The translations under genes and the position numbers were made by a program. From the human T2T-CHM13v2.0 reference genome, Homo sapiens, in the NCBI RefSeq assembly GCF_009914755.1, contig NC_060929.1: a stretch of 64,000 nt of DNA; one strand, 5' to 3'. Shown here one piece after another: positions 30,449 to 47,921 of this stretch (its first letter is position 1; the number at the start of each line of letters is the position of its first letter). The notes under the pieces were generated by a model. That model saw only the letters and a list, made by a program, of their open reading frames with translations. It made no database searches and was not told where the DNA came from.

Positions 30449-31218
30449 ACAAAATTAGCTGGGTCTGGTGGCACACGCCTGTAGTCTCAGCTACTAGGGA
30501 GGCTGAGACAGGAGAACTGCTTGAACCCAGTGAGAGGTGAAGCCAGCTGGACTTCCTGGGTGGAGTGGGGACTTGGAGAACTTTTCTCTCTTACAAGAGT
30601 ATTGTAAAATGCACCAATCAGCACTCTGTAGCTAGGATTGTAAAACTCACCAATCAGTGATCTGTAGCTAGCAAGAGGATTGTAAAATGCACCAATCAGT
30701 GCTCTGTAAAAACGCACAAATCAGTGCTCTGTAGCTAGCAAGAGGATTGTAAAATGCATCAATCAGTGCTCTGTAAAATGCACCAATCAGTGCTCTGTAA
30801 AATGCACCAATCAGCAGGATCCTAAAAGTAGTGAATTGCAGGGAGGATTGAAAAAAGGGCACTCTGATAGGACAAAAACGGAACATGGGCGGGGACAAAT
30901 AAGGGAATAAAAGGTGGCCATCCCCCCAGCCAGGAGCAGCAACCCTTTGGGTCTCCTTCCAGTTATGGAAGCTTTGTTCTTTCACTCTTCACAATAAACC
31001 TTGCTACCGCTCACTCTTTGGGTCATGGCATCTTTAAGAGCTGTAACACTCACCTTGAAGGTCCACGGCTTCGTTCTTGAAGTCAGCCACACCAGGAACC
31101 CACCGGAAGGAACCAACTCCAGACATACCGGGCGACAGAGGCTGCAATGAGCTGAGATCGCGCCACTGCACTCCAGCTTAGGTGAGACAGAGCGAGACTC
31201 CATCTCAGAAAAGAAAAA
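30449..31218 (+). mobile_element. Alu right arm split by LTR12
   Basis: ..TTGAACCCAG | LTR | CCGGGCGACAGAGGCTGCAATGAG.. Confidence 0.85.
30531..31127 (+). mobile_element. LTR12 short type (LTR12F-like) solo LTR
   Basis: TGAGAGGTGAAGCCAGCTGGACTTCC start; tandem GCACCAATCAG repeats; ends ACTCCAGACATA; TSD CCAG/CCGG. Confidence 0.93.
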
Positions 31219-31219
31219 C

Positions 31220-32790
31220 ATCACAAAAATATAAAGGTCAACAGACAGATGGAAAATATGAGGGGCACAAAAGATTTTAAAATTTCTAATCCAGTGCAAG
31301 AAGTCTAATATCTGAATAACAGGAGTTTCAGAGAAAACAGGAGCCAGAGATACCAAATAAATAGTCAAGAAGCTACCAGAAGCCTAAGCCTCGAGAATAA
31401 AAAAAAGCACTGCCCAGAACAAGTGCTCTGCACAACGGATGAAAACACACCAACACTAAAGCACATCACTAGGAAATGTTAGCTCATTGAATGAAAAGCA
31501 CATATTTTATATGCTCCCAGATAGAAAGAAAAAAAACAGCTTCCATGAAAGAAAGATCAATCAGAATGCTTCAGATGTCTTCACAACAGCTCTGGAAGGA
31601 AGCAAGCATCTTCAGAATTATAGGGAAAAACAACACTCCCAACTTAGATGTGTATATCCTAGAAAGCCACCAATCATGTATAAGGGTAGATTAAAGACAT
31701 TTGCAGACATACAGGTTCTCAAAATAATTATCTCCCATGCTTCTGGTTTCTAGAAGCTACTATGGAATGTGTTAATAACACAGTGGGGGGAAAAAACAGA
31801 AAAGAGGAGTCATAGAGTCCAAGAAAGAGAGGCTCTAGCTCAGGAGTGAGGCAAAGGAGAGGCCCTGGGGGATGGTGACAGGAGGCACCTGAGTGAAAGC
31901 TAGTACCAGGCACGAGGGCCACCCATCCAGACGAGCAAAGCAGGAGTCCTCAGAAGAGAGTTCCTCAATAAGTTAAATCTGCAAAGGCATCCAATGTGTT
32001 TTTATGCAATTGAAAGTAGATTTATCTCACCAGGGAAAAGTTTGGGGATAAAATTAGTGAAAAGTGGCCGGGTGCAGTGGCTCACACCTGTAATCCCAGC
32101 ACTTTGTGAGGCTGAGGCAGTTGGATCTCCTGAGGTCAGGAGTTTCAGACCATCCTGGCCAATGGGATGAAACCCCGTCTCTATTAAAAATACAAAAATT
32201 AGCCAGGCGTGGTGGCAAGTGCTGGTAATCCCAGCTACTCAGAAGGCTGAGGCAGGAGAATCACTTGAACCCGGGAGGTGGAGGCTGCAGTGAGCCGAGA
32301 TGGCACCACCTGCACTCCAGCCTGGGCAACAGAGTGAGACTCCATCTCAAAAAAAAAAAAAATAGTGATAAGTACATAGAGATATAGATGACAGTCACTG
32401 CCTCTAGTACAGACAAAAGCTGTTCTATGACATGGAAAGTAATTACAGTACCACATGGTTCAGCTGTGAATAGCATTTACATAGTCACAATGCCATTACT
32501 CTGGAATAGCAATCTAGCCAAAATGCCAGTAAAACTGCATATACTTGGGAAGATGAGGGATTAAAAATGGGTGGGGGGGTTAGGGACACAGCGGGAAGGA
32601 AAGAGCCTGATTTTCATCTTGGATTGTGGAAACACAATAAATGCAGCTTAAAATGGAACAACCAAGAGGTAGAATAGAAGCTGCTATTTAGAGATATGGA
32701 AGTTAATGCCTAAATAATGAAATAGAACAACAGGAAATGAAGAGACTGCTGTTCTTGGTATAATTCTTCAACATTTTGTTTTAATTTTTA
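31220..32790 (+). mobile_element. Very old L1ME/MC remnant, with an Alu at ~32065-32362 (+)
   Basis: TCTAATATCTGAATAACAGGAGTTTCAGAG; ATTAAAGACATTTGCAGACATACA (ORF1-like). Alu TSD AAAT(T)AGTGA(A/T)AAGT. Confidence 0.6.
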
Positions 32791-32811
32791 AGGATTACTT
32801 CCAACGGGTAG

Positions 32812-33165
<354 letters not shown>

Positions 33166-33169
33166 ATTT

Positions 33170-34120
<951 letters not shown>

Positions 34121-34464
34121 GGTGCACTGTTTTAAAAGTTTTTGCCACATTTTAACATATTCTCCTTTAAAGAGTTGTATCAGCTCCATTCCATGGGCAA
34201 TCTGCTCTAATTTGGACTTCCATCCTACTTCCTGACTGTTAAGTTAGGCTCTAGCCAGGCACTAAGCATCTCTGATACAAAGGCATGACATCTGACTGAG
34301 GGTTGCAGGGCCCCAGGGAAGAGAGGGGGCCCTTTCAGAGGCTACCGGGGTAGGTTTCTTGGGGAAGGTGACATTAAACTAGAGCTTAAAGAAGGAAGAG
34401 TTTTACATATGGGGAGGGAAGGGAAGGACTTTCTGGTAGGAAGTGAGAGAAAACTGTTCTGTGG

Positions 34465-34668
34465 TTTTGTTTGTTTTTGTTTTGAAATAGAGACAAGGTC
34501 TCACCTGTTGCCCAGGCCAGAATGCAGTGGCATGATCGTAGCTCACTGTAACCTTGAACCCCTGGGTTCAAGCAATCCTCCCACCTCATCCTCCCCAGTA
34601 GATGGGACTGCAGGCACATGTCATGATGCCCCACTCAGTTCATGTGTGTGTGTGTGTGTGTGTGTGTG
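34465..34668 (-). mobile_element. AluJ/FRAM fragment followed by (TG)n (~34644-34668)
   Basis: Direct reading. Confidence 0.8.
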
Positions 34669-34697
34669 TTTGGTTTTAGCTTTGTGATGGTCAATCA

Positions 34698-35250
<553 letters not shown>

Positions 35251-35975
35251 CTAGTTGGGCTCCAAACGATAGTGTGGGGGTCCCTAGGTGCCCAGCCTGA
35301 CCCTGGAATGATGAAGGCAGAGGAATGTTGCCTCGCGTGTGTACGGGCCTGAGGGAGGAGGCCTGGCTGTGGATGGTTAGTTTATATATCGAAGGCGTGC
35401 TCCAGATATGCTATCTCTAGAAATTGGCCAGTTAGAGGGCAGTTCTCCTTCTCCCCAGCCAGAAAGGTCTTTTTAAAGATGTCAAAACATTATACTATAC
35501 AGAAAATGAAAAATACAAACAACTCAAAAGCCAACTCCAATTGGCTATAGGACACACAGGAAGGACAGGGGCAAGTGGCCTTGGGGGACAATGGGAACCA
35601 GGGCCAGGGCCACCAGAACCCCCTCTTCCCCTCCTCTCCATCTCTTTCCAATCGTATGTTGGTTTCATTCACTCAGGCCGGCCTTCCCCTGGCTGAAGAC
35701 AGGGCAGGCTCCTCCAGTGGACCAGTGGGGGAAGGAGCTTCTCCCCACTCCAGCTGGAAAGAATACCCAGTGCCTGGCTCAGGGGGATGTCCCCTTGCCC
35801 CTGCAGGTCAACCCCTGTGATGAGGGCTGGACACACCCACTGGACCAGCAGGCATCGAGGGCCTAATTTGGTGGCAGGTGGGCAGTGCCTCACAAGGGAA
35901 TAGCTGAGTATGGTCCCAACTGGGGCCTGAAAAGTCACATTTAGGCAGGCTGAAATTTTTGACCAGGCATGGTAG

Positions 35976-36440
35976 TGAAACTGACCCAATTGTCCCAAAG
36001 ATAGTTGTTTGGACAAACATAGAAATTGACCCTTTTGAACCTTACACTTGTTTTATCTGAGTTCCTTCCTTGGGAAACACCTTCAGGCCTCTCAAAAAAA
36101 AGTATCCAAGAACTGAAACTCACCAGATCATGACATCCAGACAATGAGACTCCAGGCCCCTCATCCATCAGGATTGCTCCCTTACCCTCTCAAGTTCCTG
36201 TTTTCTTACACATTGTTACATTTCATCCCAGTTCCTATTTTCTTGAACATTGTTACATTTCTTCCTAATATACAGACCCCTAGTTTTAGTAGGTCAGAGA
36301 TGGAGTTGAGAGTGAGCTCCCATCTCTCTGGCTGCAGCGCCCGATTAAAGCTTTCTTCCTTGGCAATACTCGTCCCAGTCGTTGGCTCTCTGTGCGGTGA
36401 GCAGTGGGTCCCAGAGTGAACCGCTGGTGTTCTGCTAACA
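35976..36440 (+). mobile_element. ERV solo LTR (LTR47/LTR26-like; subfamily uncertain)
   Basis: TGAAACTGACCCAATTGTCCC...ATTAAAGC...GAACCGCTGGTGTTCTGCTAACA; TG..CA termini; TSD GTAG/GTGG inside an Alu monomer. Confidence 0.75.
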
Positions 36441-36527
36441 GTGGCTCACACCTGTAATCTCAGCACTTTGGGAGGCTGATGTGGGAGGATTGCTTGAGCC
36501 CAGCAGTTTGAGCCTGCAGGAAGCTAT

Positions 36528-37309
36528 TGAGAGGTGATAGCGTGCTGGCAGCCCTCGCAGCCCTCGCTCGCTCTCGGCGCCTCCTCGGTCTCGGTGCCCA
36601 CTCTGGCTGTGCTTGAGGAGCCCTTCAGCCCGCCGCTGCACTGTGGGAGCCCCTCTCTGGGCCGGCCGAGGCCGGACGGCTCCCTCAGCTTGCGGGGAGG
36701 TGTGGAGGGAGAGGCGCGGGCAGGAACCGGGGCTGCGTGCGGCGCTTGCGGGCCAGCAGAAGTTCTGGGTGGGCGCGGGCTGGGTGGGCCCCACACTTGG
36801 AGCCGGCCGGCGCCACCGGCCCCGGGCAGTGAGGGGCTTAGCACCCGGGCCAGCAGCTGCGGAGGGTGCACCGGGTCCCCCAGCAGTGCCGGCCTGCTGG
36901 TGCTGTGCTCGAATTCTCGTCGGGCCTCAGCTGCCTCCCCGCGGGGCAGGGCTCGGGACCTGCAGCCCGCCGTGCCTGAGCACACCCCACCCCCACTCCC
37001 GTGGGCTCCTGCTCGGCCCGAGCCTCCCTGACGAGCGCCACCCCGTGCTCCATGGGGCGCGGTCCCATCGACCGCCCAAGAGCTGAGGAGTGTGGGCACA
37101 CAGCGCGGGACTGGCCGGCAGCTCCACCTGCGGCCCCTGTGCAAGATCCACTAGGTCGGCAGCTTCACTCCCGAGCCGGCGAGACCATGAACCATCAGAA
37201 GGAACAAACTCCGGACACACTGCTTTTAAGAACCGTAACACTCACCTCGAGGGCCACCAGCTTCCTTCTTGAAGTCAGTGAGACCAAGAACCCACCAATT
37301 CCGGACACA
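36528..37309 (+). mobile_element. LTR12C/E-type solo LTR with internal deletion of the CCAAT/promoter block
   Basis: TGAGAGGTGATAGCGTGCTGGCAGCCCTCG...CCAATTCCGGACACA; TSD CTAT/CGAT; junction GATCCACTAGGT|CGGCAGCTTCACTCC. Confidence 0.92.
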
Positions 37310-37503
37310 CGATGATCACTGCACTCCAGCCTGGGTGACACAGCAAGATCCCATCTCGACAACAACAAAAATGTTCATTAGTTTGAGCATTCAGCGATTT
37401 GTGAATCAGGCAGCACCAGACCATAAGCGGCAGCACTCCACCTGGGGGCTCAGGGGAAAACTTTATTAAGGTGTTGGCCAAAACAAGACAAAGGAGATAT
37501 TTG

Positions 37504-37944
<441 letters not shown>

Positions 37945-38057
37945 TCACATGAGAACTCAAGGTTCCGGAGCATCTCACCCTAAACAGCCTCCCAGTTAGC
38001 CATGTTTTAACCACGTGTGTACTCGAATCTAAGCCCTACCAGCACCTATTCTTGGCC

Positions 38058-38160
38058 TCCACTAGAATATAAGCTCCATAGGGCAGAGCGTCTGGATTGG
38101 TCACTGCTGTACTCAGAGTGCCTAGAACAGCACCTGGTGTATGGGAGGTGATCACAACAC
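38058..38160 (+). mobile_element. L2 3'-end fragment
   Basis: CCACTAGAATATAAGCTCCATAGGGCAG..TCACTGCTGTA..GTGCCTAGAACAG. Confidence 0.7.
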
Positions 38161-39411
38161 TCAGATCATGTGGCTACCATGGTGGGAAGGACAGACTGTT
38201 CTCCAAAGAAACAGGAATGACACAGATGTAGTGCTGGGTGTCATGGAGGAAAGGAGGCACTCTAGGTGGTGTCTCCTGTGGCTGGGGTCCTGAGCTGTAG
38301 GGCCATCATGGGACTTCAAGTCCCAACCCCCCACTGGGAAGCTCTTTCCCCTTTCTCCACCCTGCCCTGGACAGAAGCTAGTAGGGCCCTGGGGAAGACA
38401 TGTGGTCAGTAAAGAGAAGCATGCTCTGCCTATGGGAGGCCAAGCCGGCCCCCAGCAGGAGTCGGTGGTGAAGCACAAGGACTTCCAGCTCCATGCTGTG
38501 TCTCAGGCCTTCCTCTCTCATGGGCGGGGAGCCGGTGCTTGTGACCTGATTGGGGAAGAGATCATAGCAGGAAGACAACATTCCCTTAGGACTCAGAGCG
38601 GCCAAGACGGAGAATCCTGGGGTGAGGCGGGCGAGCCCTGAGCACCTGGGGGAGCAGATGCCACTTGGGGCTGCAGAGCGTGGGTGGCACCCAAAGCAGA
38701 CGAGTGACATTGTTCTCCGCCCTCTGTCCCTCATGCTCCTGGCAGTGAGCTGGGTTTTCACCTCTGCTCCTTGGGTGAGGGGCGGAGGGGATCAGTCCTC
38801 CCCGACCCATCCTCACAAGGTCAGTCCCTTGGTGACGTGGCTTTTGTCCCTTATTCGTAGAGATGTCCCACACACGCACTGCTGCCCACCCAGGCTGGAG
38901 AGAGGCCGTGGGGCTCAGCCATCTGTTCCCCAGACTCATAGGGCCTCAGGGTCAGACCTACAGAGGAAGGAATTGCTCCGAATGTAAACGGCTCCCAGGA
39001 CAGTGATTCTCAGAGGGACCCTAAGCTCGCCAGCAGAGAACGGCACCCCAGTGGTGCCCAGGCCTCAATAGCACCCGAGTGCCAAGGGAGCTTCTGGAAG
39101 TCCCAGGTTCCTGGGCCTGGGAATGTGCATCCCCAGCCACCCCCTCCTGCTTTGGGAGAGTGGGATCACGTTTTTCCAGGCCCCACTTCATGGGGAGCCA
39201 CAGCCACACTGCAGGAGCCACATAGCTCCTGCTGCCCCCTTGGTGGTTCACCAAGCTCCTGGGCTCCCCAGGCCAGGTGCGGGGTGGGAGCCTGCTCAGC
39301 CCCGGAGGCTGGCATATCCTGACAGCAGCTTCTTCCCAGGAGCCCAACCATGAGTGCCTGTGGAAATGAAGGATGCTCCAGGTGAGGCTAGGTCTCCTCA
39401 AGGAGGGAGAG

Positions 39412-41070
<1,659 letters not shown>

Positions 41071-42554
41071 ATGGGGCATCTCCTCCTCCTGGAAGCTGCA
41101 GCCTGGTGGAGAGGTCTAGCAGGGTCTGTGGGAGTCATCTGGGGTTCCAGTGCAAAGTCAGCAGCCCTGAAAGCTGCTCTTCTCTCTCTGCATGGGTTGC
41201 AGCCGCGTCTGCTCAGTGTGGTTTCAGTTCTCTGACAAACCAGGGCTTCCCAGCCTGCCCCAGAGCAGGCCTTGCATGCTGATACAGCTGGGACCCCCTC
41301 TGCAGCCCAGGCCAGCCTGAGGGATTACTGAGAAGTCCAGGTGAGCTGGAGATGTGAGGTGGGGCTCACAGCTGGTGCCCAGCTTCCTCCAGCTCCAGCT
41401 CCTCCCACCCAGGCCCATCCTGCTGCTGCATCTTTCAGGGTCTCCACATCTGTCCCTAGACAGACCCTGTCCTTTCTGCAGCAGAGGGGGTAGAAATGGA
41501 CCCTCATCGTGGGGTGGTCAGCCCCAGCACAGCCTGGGCAGGATGCTGGGCACCTGGTGTGAGGACCAGGCCTGCCTCCCGTTATCCTTGTGGGCTCTGG
41601 AGGGCAAGGTCAGAACTGGGTCTAACCCAGGTCCCACGCCCCCCACCTCACAGGGGTGAGCACAGGTCTGAGGTTTGTTGAACGAACAGCTCCTGCAGCC
41701 CCTGAGAAAGCTGGCTTCCTCTGGAAAGTATCAGGGCCATCTTCCCAGTCCCCCTCCTGTCTCCGGCCCACCCCCAGCTACAAATCCCAGCATTGGGTGG
41801 GAGCTGGAGGCTCTGGGATCTTGACTCTGGAAGACTCCCTGGCCCTTCCCAGCACCTGTCTTCTGGGCCTCAGCTCCCATCAACAACGTGGTCTTGGCTC
41901 AGGCCCCTGACTCTCCCTGCCCCCGCCCCACGCACCTCCAAGGCCACCCTCTGTCCACCCTGCCTCCACCTGGAGCCCCCCTGTGGCTGCCTGCTGCTGT
42001 ACTCCATCAAGACATCACGCTCCGGCCTCAGACTGCTGGGCTCTGAGCCTCGCTGGACTCTTCTTGGAGGGGATGGAAACCCAGTGAAGATGGGATCTGG
42101 GATAAAGGACCATATGTGTAGATGCTGGGCATCCCTGGCCAGGGTCCCGTCCCCGACCCCAGGCCTGTGCCTCCCCCACTCCCCAACCTCCCCCAGTCAG
42201 CTGCAGTTCGTGTTGCCTTCACCCTCACAGGCTCCAGCACTTCTGACTTCCACACACCCAGCTCAATAAACCCAAAGTAAACATTCCCTCCAAAAGTCCC
42301 TGAATGGTGTCTGTCATCCTGGGTTGAACTCGTGCCCATCTCAGCAGCAGGAATTTTGACAGGGAAAGGAATGCTATGGGTCAGCCTTCAGGCCTTGGCC
42401 CCAGGCCTGTTGCAGGGCACAGAAGGGGCCATCTCGCTGGAACCCCATCTACTGAGAGAGGGACAGGAACGAGCCCTAAGGGAGCCACCATAAGAGGGAG
42501 TGGATACTCACCAAAGATGCCTATATCTGCTGCGTCTCCTGCAGGTGCCCCTAG

Positions 42555-43200
42555 CGAGAGGTGAAGCCAGCTGGACTTCCTGGGTCCAGTGGGGACTTGG
42601 AGAACTTTTCTGTCTTACGAGAGGATTGTAAAATGCACCAATCAGCACTCTGTAGCTAGGATTGTAAAATGCACCAATCAATGCTCTGTGGCTAGCCAGA
42701 GGTTTGTAAATGTGCCAATCAGTGCTCTGTAAAAATGCACCAATCCGTGCTTTGTGGCTAGCTGGAGGTTTGTAAAATGGACCAATCAGCAGTCTGTAAA
42801 ATGGACCAATCAGTGCTCTGTAAAATGGACCAATCAGCAGGATGTGGGCAAGGACAAATAAAGGAATAAAAAAAGCTGGCCACCCACCCCACCCCTGGCC
42901 AGTAGTAGCAACTCCCTAGGGTCCTGTTCCACGGTGTGGAAGTTTCGTTGATTCCCTCTTCACAGTAAATCTTGCTGTTGCTCACTCTTTGGGTCTGTAC
43001 CACCTTTGAGAGCTGTTAACACTCACCGTGAAGGGCTGCGGCTTCATTCTTGAAGTCAACGAGACCAGGAACCCACCGGAAGGAAGAAACTCCGGACACA
43101 CCACCTTTAAGAGCTGTAACACTCACTGTGAAGGTCCGCAGCTTCATTCTTAAAGTCAGCGAGACTACAAACCCACCGGAAGGGACAAACTCCAGACACA
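42555..43200 (+). mobile_element. LTR12 short type (LTR12F-like) solo LTR
   Basis: (C)GAGAGGTGAAGCCAGCTGGACTTCC; seven CCAAT repeats; duplicated U5 unit; ends ACTCCAGACACA; perfect TSD CTAG. Confidence 0.94.
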
Positions 43201-44135
43201 CTAGGTGCACCCCACCTCCCTGCTACTGACAGGATGCTCGCCCTGGCACTGGTGCTCCTGGCCACTGAGGGTGACGTGTGGTCCTCTCCGCCTTATGTAG
43301 CCTGCTGGCCGGCATCTGCCTCAGCCCCAGCATGATGGCCTCGGCCCTTTGTAGGAACCAGACTGATTCCTGCCAGGAAACCCCTTTCACCTTCCCCACC
43401 CAGAAATGACAGGGACAGACACCAGGGGAGTGAAGATACGTCTGCCACATAACACCCTGGAGAACCATGTGTCAGCCTCTGTAACCTCAGTTTCCTCATC
43501 TGCAAAATGACCTGCCTGGGCTCGGGGGAGGCTAAAAGGCCCTGTCCAAACGTGAGCTGGCCCACAGTCCTTCAGGCAGTTGTGGCACATGGCTGAGTTA
43601 AGAGAAGGTGCCTTGGATTGGGCTGTGTCCCCAGTTCAGTAGCTCCAGGCTGGACTTGTCCATGCTAACCAGATGGCCACCTGGTAACTTTCAGCGAAGT
43701 TCACCCCTCCAGGAAAGCCACCAGCACAGGGGACTCTGGGGCCTGTGGCTTGGGGCTCCGGCGTTGGGGGAGACCTGGCCAAAAGTGGCTCAGTCTAGGA
43801 GCTGCAGGTCTGGCAGGCACAGCACCTTCCCCCACAGCTACTGGCACCCTCTCACCAGATAACACCCGTTGAGAGCCCTGTGGCTGCGGACAGGCCTGCT
43901 CAAAGATGCCATTATGCAGAGTCCTCTCTGCCTTGCCTCTTTTTCCGGGCAGGGTGGCGGTGCAGCATTTTCCATGGCTGCCCAATACTCGGCTCAAGCT
44001 TCTGCATTCTGAGCTTCAGGCCTAACGCGCTTCCAAGGTTCCCAAACCTGTCCCTCAGCCACGCGCGGGCGCGGTGTGGTTGCTCCCAGGTATGCCTGCC
44101 TGACCCTGTCCAGAAAACGAGTGGTCTAGCACTCA

Positions 44136-44690
<555 letters not shown>

Positions 44691-45420
44691 CTATGGTGCT
44701 GCTGGAGAGGCAGGGTGTGGCAGCTTGGGCTGGGGCCAGCAGTGAGCTTGGAATTCCCCAGGGCTTTCCAGAAGCCAGAAGGCCGGGGCGGAGTGGGTTG
44801 TCCAAGAGCTTGTCTTGTCCTCTTGCCCTGGCCACAGCCGGGAAGCCCTGGGCAGGCGCCCGTGGATAGCTGGCACGCTCAGCCTTTGGTGGAGAACTGA
44901 GGTGAGCTGGAAGGACTAATGGGAGGGAGGAGAGGTGTACTGGGGCCCCGGGGCAAGGCCCTGCTTTGCACTCAAGATAAGAATCCAGGGCTCTAAGGGG
45001 AGGTGGTGAGGGAGGGAGCCGCCCGTCCCGCCGTATTCAAGGAGAAAGACACATCTGGGGTCAAATTAGAGAGCTGGTGGGGACTGTTTTCTGGTGCTGA
45101 GTCAGCTCCAGGAGGTCCCCTCTTCCCCACTGGTCCAGAAAGTCTGAAGCAGGAAGGTGGAAAAACATTTCGTGCTCAGGGAGGAAACGTCTTCACCCCG
45201 GTTTACAGGTGAGGAAATGGGCTCAGAGCGTGGCTAAAGTCCCCCAAGGGCCAGGCAGGCAGGGCAGGTCGGGGTGCCCAGGGTTGCTGCCGCTGATTCT
45301 GGCCTGGGTGGAGGAGGGGCTGACGGCCTGTGCTGGGACAGGGACAATTGTGATTATTAGCCTGGAGGAAGGGGGGCTTGAAAGTCAGGAAGGCCATGGG
45401 AGTCGGGACAGAGAAGCTGC

Positions 45421-45795
45421 CGTGGCTTAAAAGTGTCCCCTAGAGTTCCTGCACTGGCAGCCTAGTCCCCAGTGCAATAGCACGGAGAGGTGGGACCTTT
45501 AAGAGGTGATGAGGTCACAAGGGCTGGGCCCTCCTGAGCCCATCAATGCCATCATCATGGGAGTGGGTTTGTTATCAAAGCGAGTTCGGTCCCTTCTTGG
45601 TCTGTCTCTGGAGCACACACACCCCGTCCTTCCACTTACTGCCACAGGATGACACGTCAGCAGGGCCCTCACCAGATGCTGGCCCCTTGATCTCAGACTT
45701 CCCGGCCTCCTGCGCTGCCAGCCTAATACACTTCTCTTCGTTGTAAATTACTCAGTCTGTGATATTCTGTGATAGCAACAGAAAACAGACGAAGA
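45421..45795 (+). mobile_element. MSTB/MSTC-like MaLR LTR
   Basis: GAGGTGGGACCTTTAAGAGGTGAT..GGCCCTCACCAGATGCTGGCCCCTTGATCTCAGACTTCC..ATTCTGTGATAGCAACAGAAAACAGAC. Confidence 0.82.
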
Positions 45796-46229
45796 CGCAG
45801 GCCAAGGTGAGTTCAGATGGGAATGGGGCCTGGTGTGAGTCAGGATGTGGACTGGCCCAGGGCACAGAGGTCAGGAGCAGGACATTGGGGCCAGAGCTCA
45901 GGGTTACCTGGACTCTGTCAGAGGCCTCTGGTTGGATCCAGCCTCGCCACCCTGGTGTTTGAGGCCCTCTGCACTTCCATCCAGCTCCGGGCAGCCAGGT
46001 TGGTCTCTTTCATCTCCTGTGCACACACTTCAGTCTCATCTCTCACCCTTGACCCTGCCCAAAATAGTCTGTACTTACGAAGAGTCTGCCCCTCTTTCCA
46101 GCTTTATCTCAGGAAGGACCTTCAGGAAGCTTTTCCCAACCACTTCAGCCCCAGGGTCCTGAGATTTCTCTGGATTCCGGAACGCGCTGGCCGGTCACTC
46201 AACACCAGAGTGAATACACGTGTCTGTCT

Positions 46230-46780
46230 GGTCCCGCCGTCCTCACTGCAGGAAGCTGATAGTTGTGGGGAGAGATGGACAATAACCAGGGCGATGAGCA
46301 GATGCATTGCTGCAGCGTGGGTCCCTGGTGGGGGAATGGTGCTGAGAACGGGAATGACGCGCAAGGCCTCCCTGAGGTGGGGAGGTAGGGAAGGAGCCCA
46401 CTACGGAGATCTGGGGGCACACGGGAAGTCCTGGGGCTGAAAAGAGCCGGCCTGGCTGGAGGCAGAAGGCCACGGGGGAGGCTGGTGCTGGTGCCACGGG
46501 GAGACACCCAGGCAGAGCTGGAGAGGTTGTGGCAGCAACACCGTCCTGGTGACAAGCCACCAGAGAGGCCCACACGGAAGCATGTGGGAATGATTTGCAT
46601 TTTGGGACAGTCCCTCTGACTGCGGTGGCTGGAGTAGATTGTAGAGGTCAGTGCTGGATCCTGGGACAGCCCTTTGTGTCGTCTGATTCAAGGTGATGTT
46701 CTTGGACCAGGGTGGTGGCAGTGGGAATGAAGAGAAGTGGATGGATTTGGGGTGCAGAATCAGTGAGGCTTGGGGATAAG
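46230..46780 (-). mobile_element. Degenerate L2 fragments
   Basis: AAGGCCTCCCTGAGG; TGGACCAGGGTGGTGGCAGTGGGAATGAAGAGAAGTGGATGGATTTG. Confidence 0.55.
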
Positions 46781-47369
46781 GGGGACTGCTCAGGCTTCTG
46801 GCAGAAGCGAGCAGGTGTGGTGTGCAGTTCCCTGGGTTGGGGGGCGGGGGTTCCCAGCAGCAACCTGGGCTGCGGGAAGGTCGTGAGTGCTCCCGGGGAC
46901 TGCAAGCCAGTGAAGGACTGCGTGGAGGCATCAGGTGGACAAGTTGTCACAAAGGCCAGGCAACTCTGAGGAAGGCCCTGGGCAGACAACACAAACCATG
47001 GAGTCAGAGGAGCTGAGCCCAAATCCACTCCGTCCATATCACGGCCATCTGGGCACTGTCAGTGCTACCCCACTTCCCAGAGAGATTTCATCTGCACTCA
47101 GGACTCCAGCCATCACAGGTGTGCCCCCAGCTCCCACTCCTGCACCTCCTGCAAGACCCTGCCCTCCCCTAGCTTCAGGCACATGCCCAGCTCCTCCCCA
47201 ACACTGCACCTGGTAACCTCAGGCTCCCTCCAACTCTGGAGACTCCAGTGGAACTCAGATACCCCCCTCCCCACCGCCCCTGGCTTTCTCCTGCTCCTCC
47301 TCCTTCTCCATCCTCTACCATGGGTGATGTCATTGCTGCCCACTCATAACAGCGAGCATCTTAGTTGGT

Positions 47370-47483
47370 ACTCTAGACCAGGGCTTTGCACACTCTAGAC
47401 CAGGGCTTTGCACACACTAGACCAGGGCTTTGCACACTCTAGACCAGGGCTTTGCACACTGTAGACCAGGGCTTTTGCACACT
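47370..47483. repeat. 22-bp minisatellite, 5 copies
   Basis: Unit ACTCTAGACCAGGGCTTTGCAC at 47370, 47392, 47414, 47436 and 47458, with single-base variants. Confidence 0.95.
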
Positions 47484-47921
47484 TCAAGGCATGCGTAAAT
47501 CACCTGGAGGTCTTATTAAAATGCAGGTTCTCATTCAGCAAGCCTGGTAGGCCTAAGATTCTGGATTTCTTTCTCCTTTCTTCTCTATTTTTTTCCTTCT
47601 TTCCTTCCTTCCTTCCTTCCTTGCTTCCTTCCTCCCTCCCTCCCTTCTTCCTTTTTCCTTCTTCCTCCCTCCCTTTCTTTCTTTCTTTTCCTCTTTCTTT
47701 TCTATTTCTTTCTTTCTTTCTCCTCCCTCTCTCCCTCCTTTCTTTTCTTTTGGAGACAGGGTTTCACTATGTTACCCAGGCTGAACACAAACTCCTGGGA
47801 TCAAGTGATCCTCCTGCTTCAGCCTCCTAAGTAGTTGGGGCTACAGACTGGATTTTGCATTTCTAAGAAACCCAGCTACTGCTGCTGCTGGCCCTTAACC
47901 ACAGTTGCAGGGATGAGGCGT
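47379..47921. mobile_element. MER5A/B (hAT-Charlie) fossil, interrupted by a CT-rich tract (47566-47750) and FLAM (~47752-47848, -)
   Basis: AATCACCTGGAGGTCTTATTAAAATGCAGGTTC..TGCATTTCTAAGA..TGCTGCTGGCCC..ACCACA; 8-bp TSD CTCTAGAC/TTCTAGAC. Confidence 0.7.
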
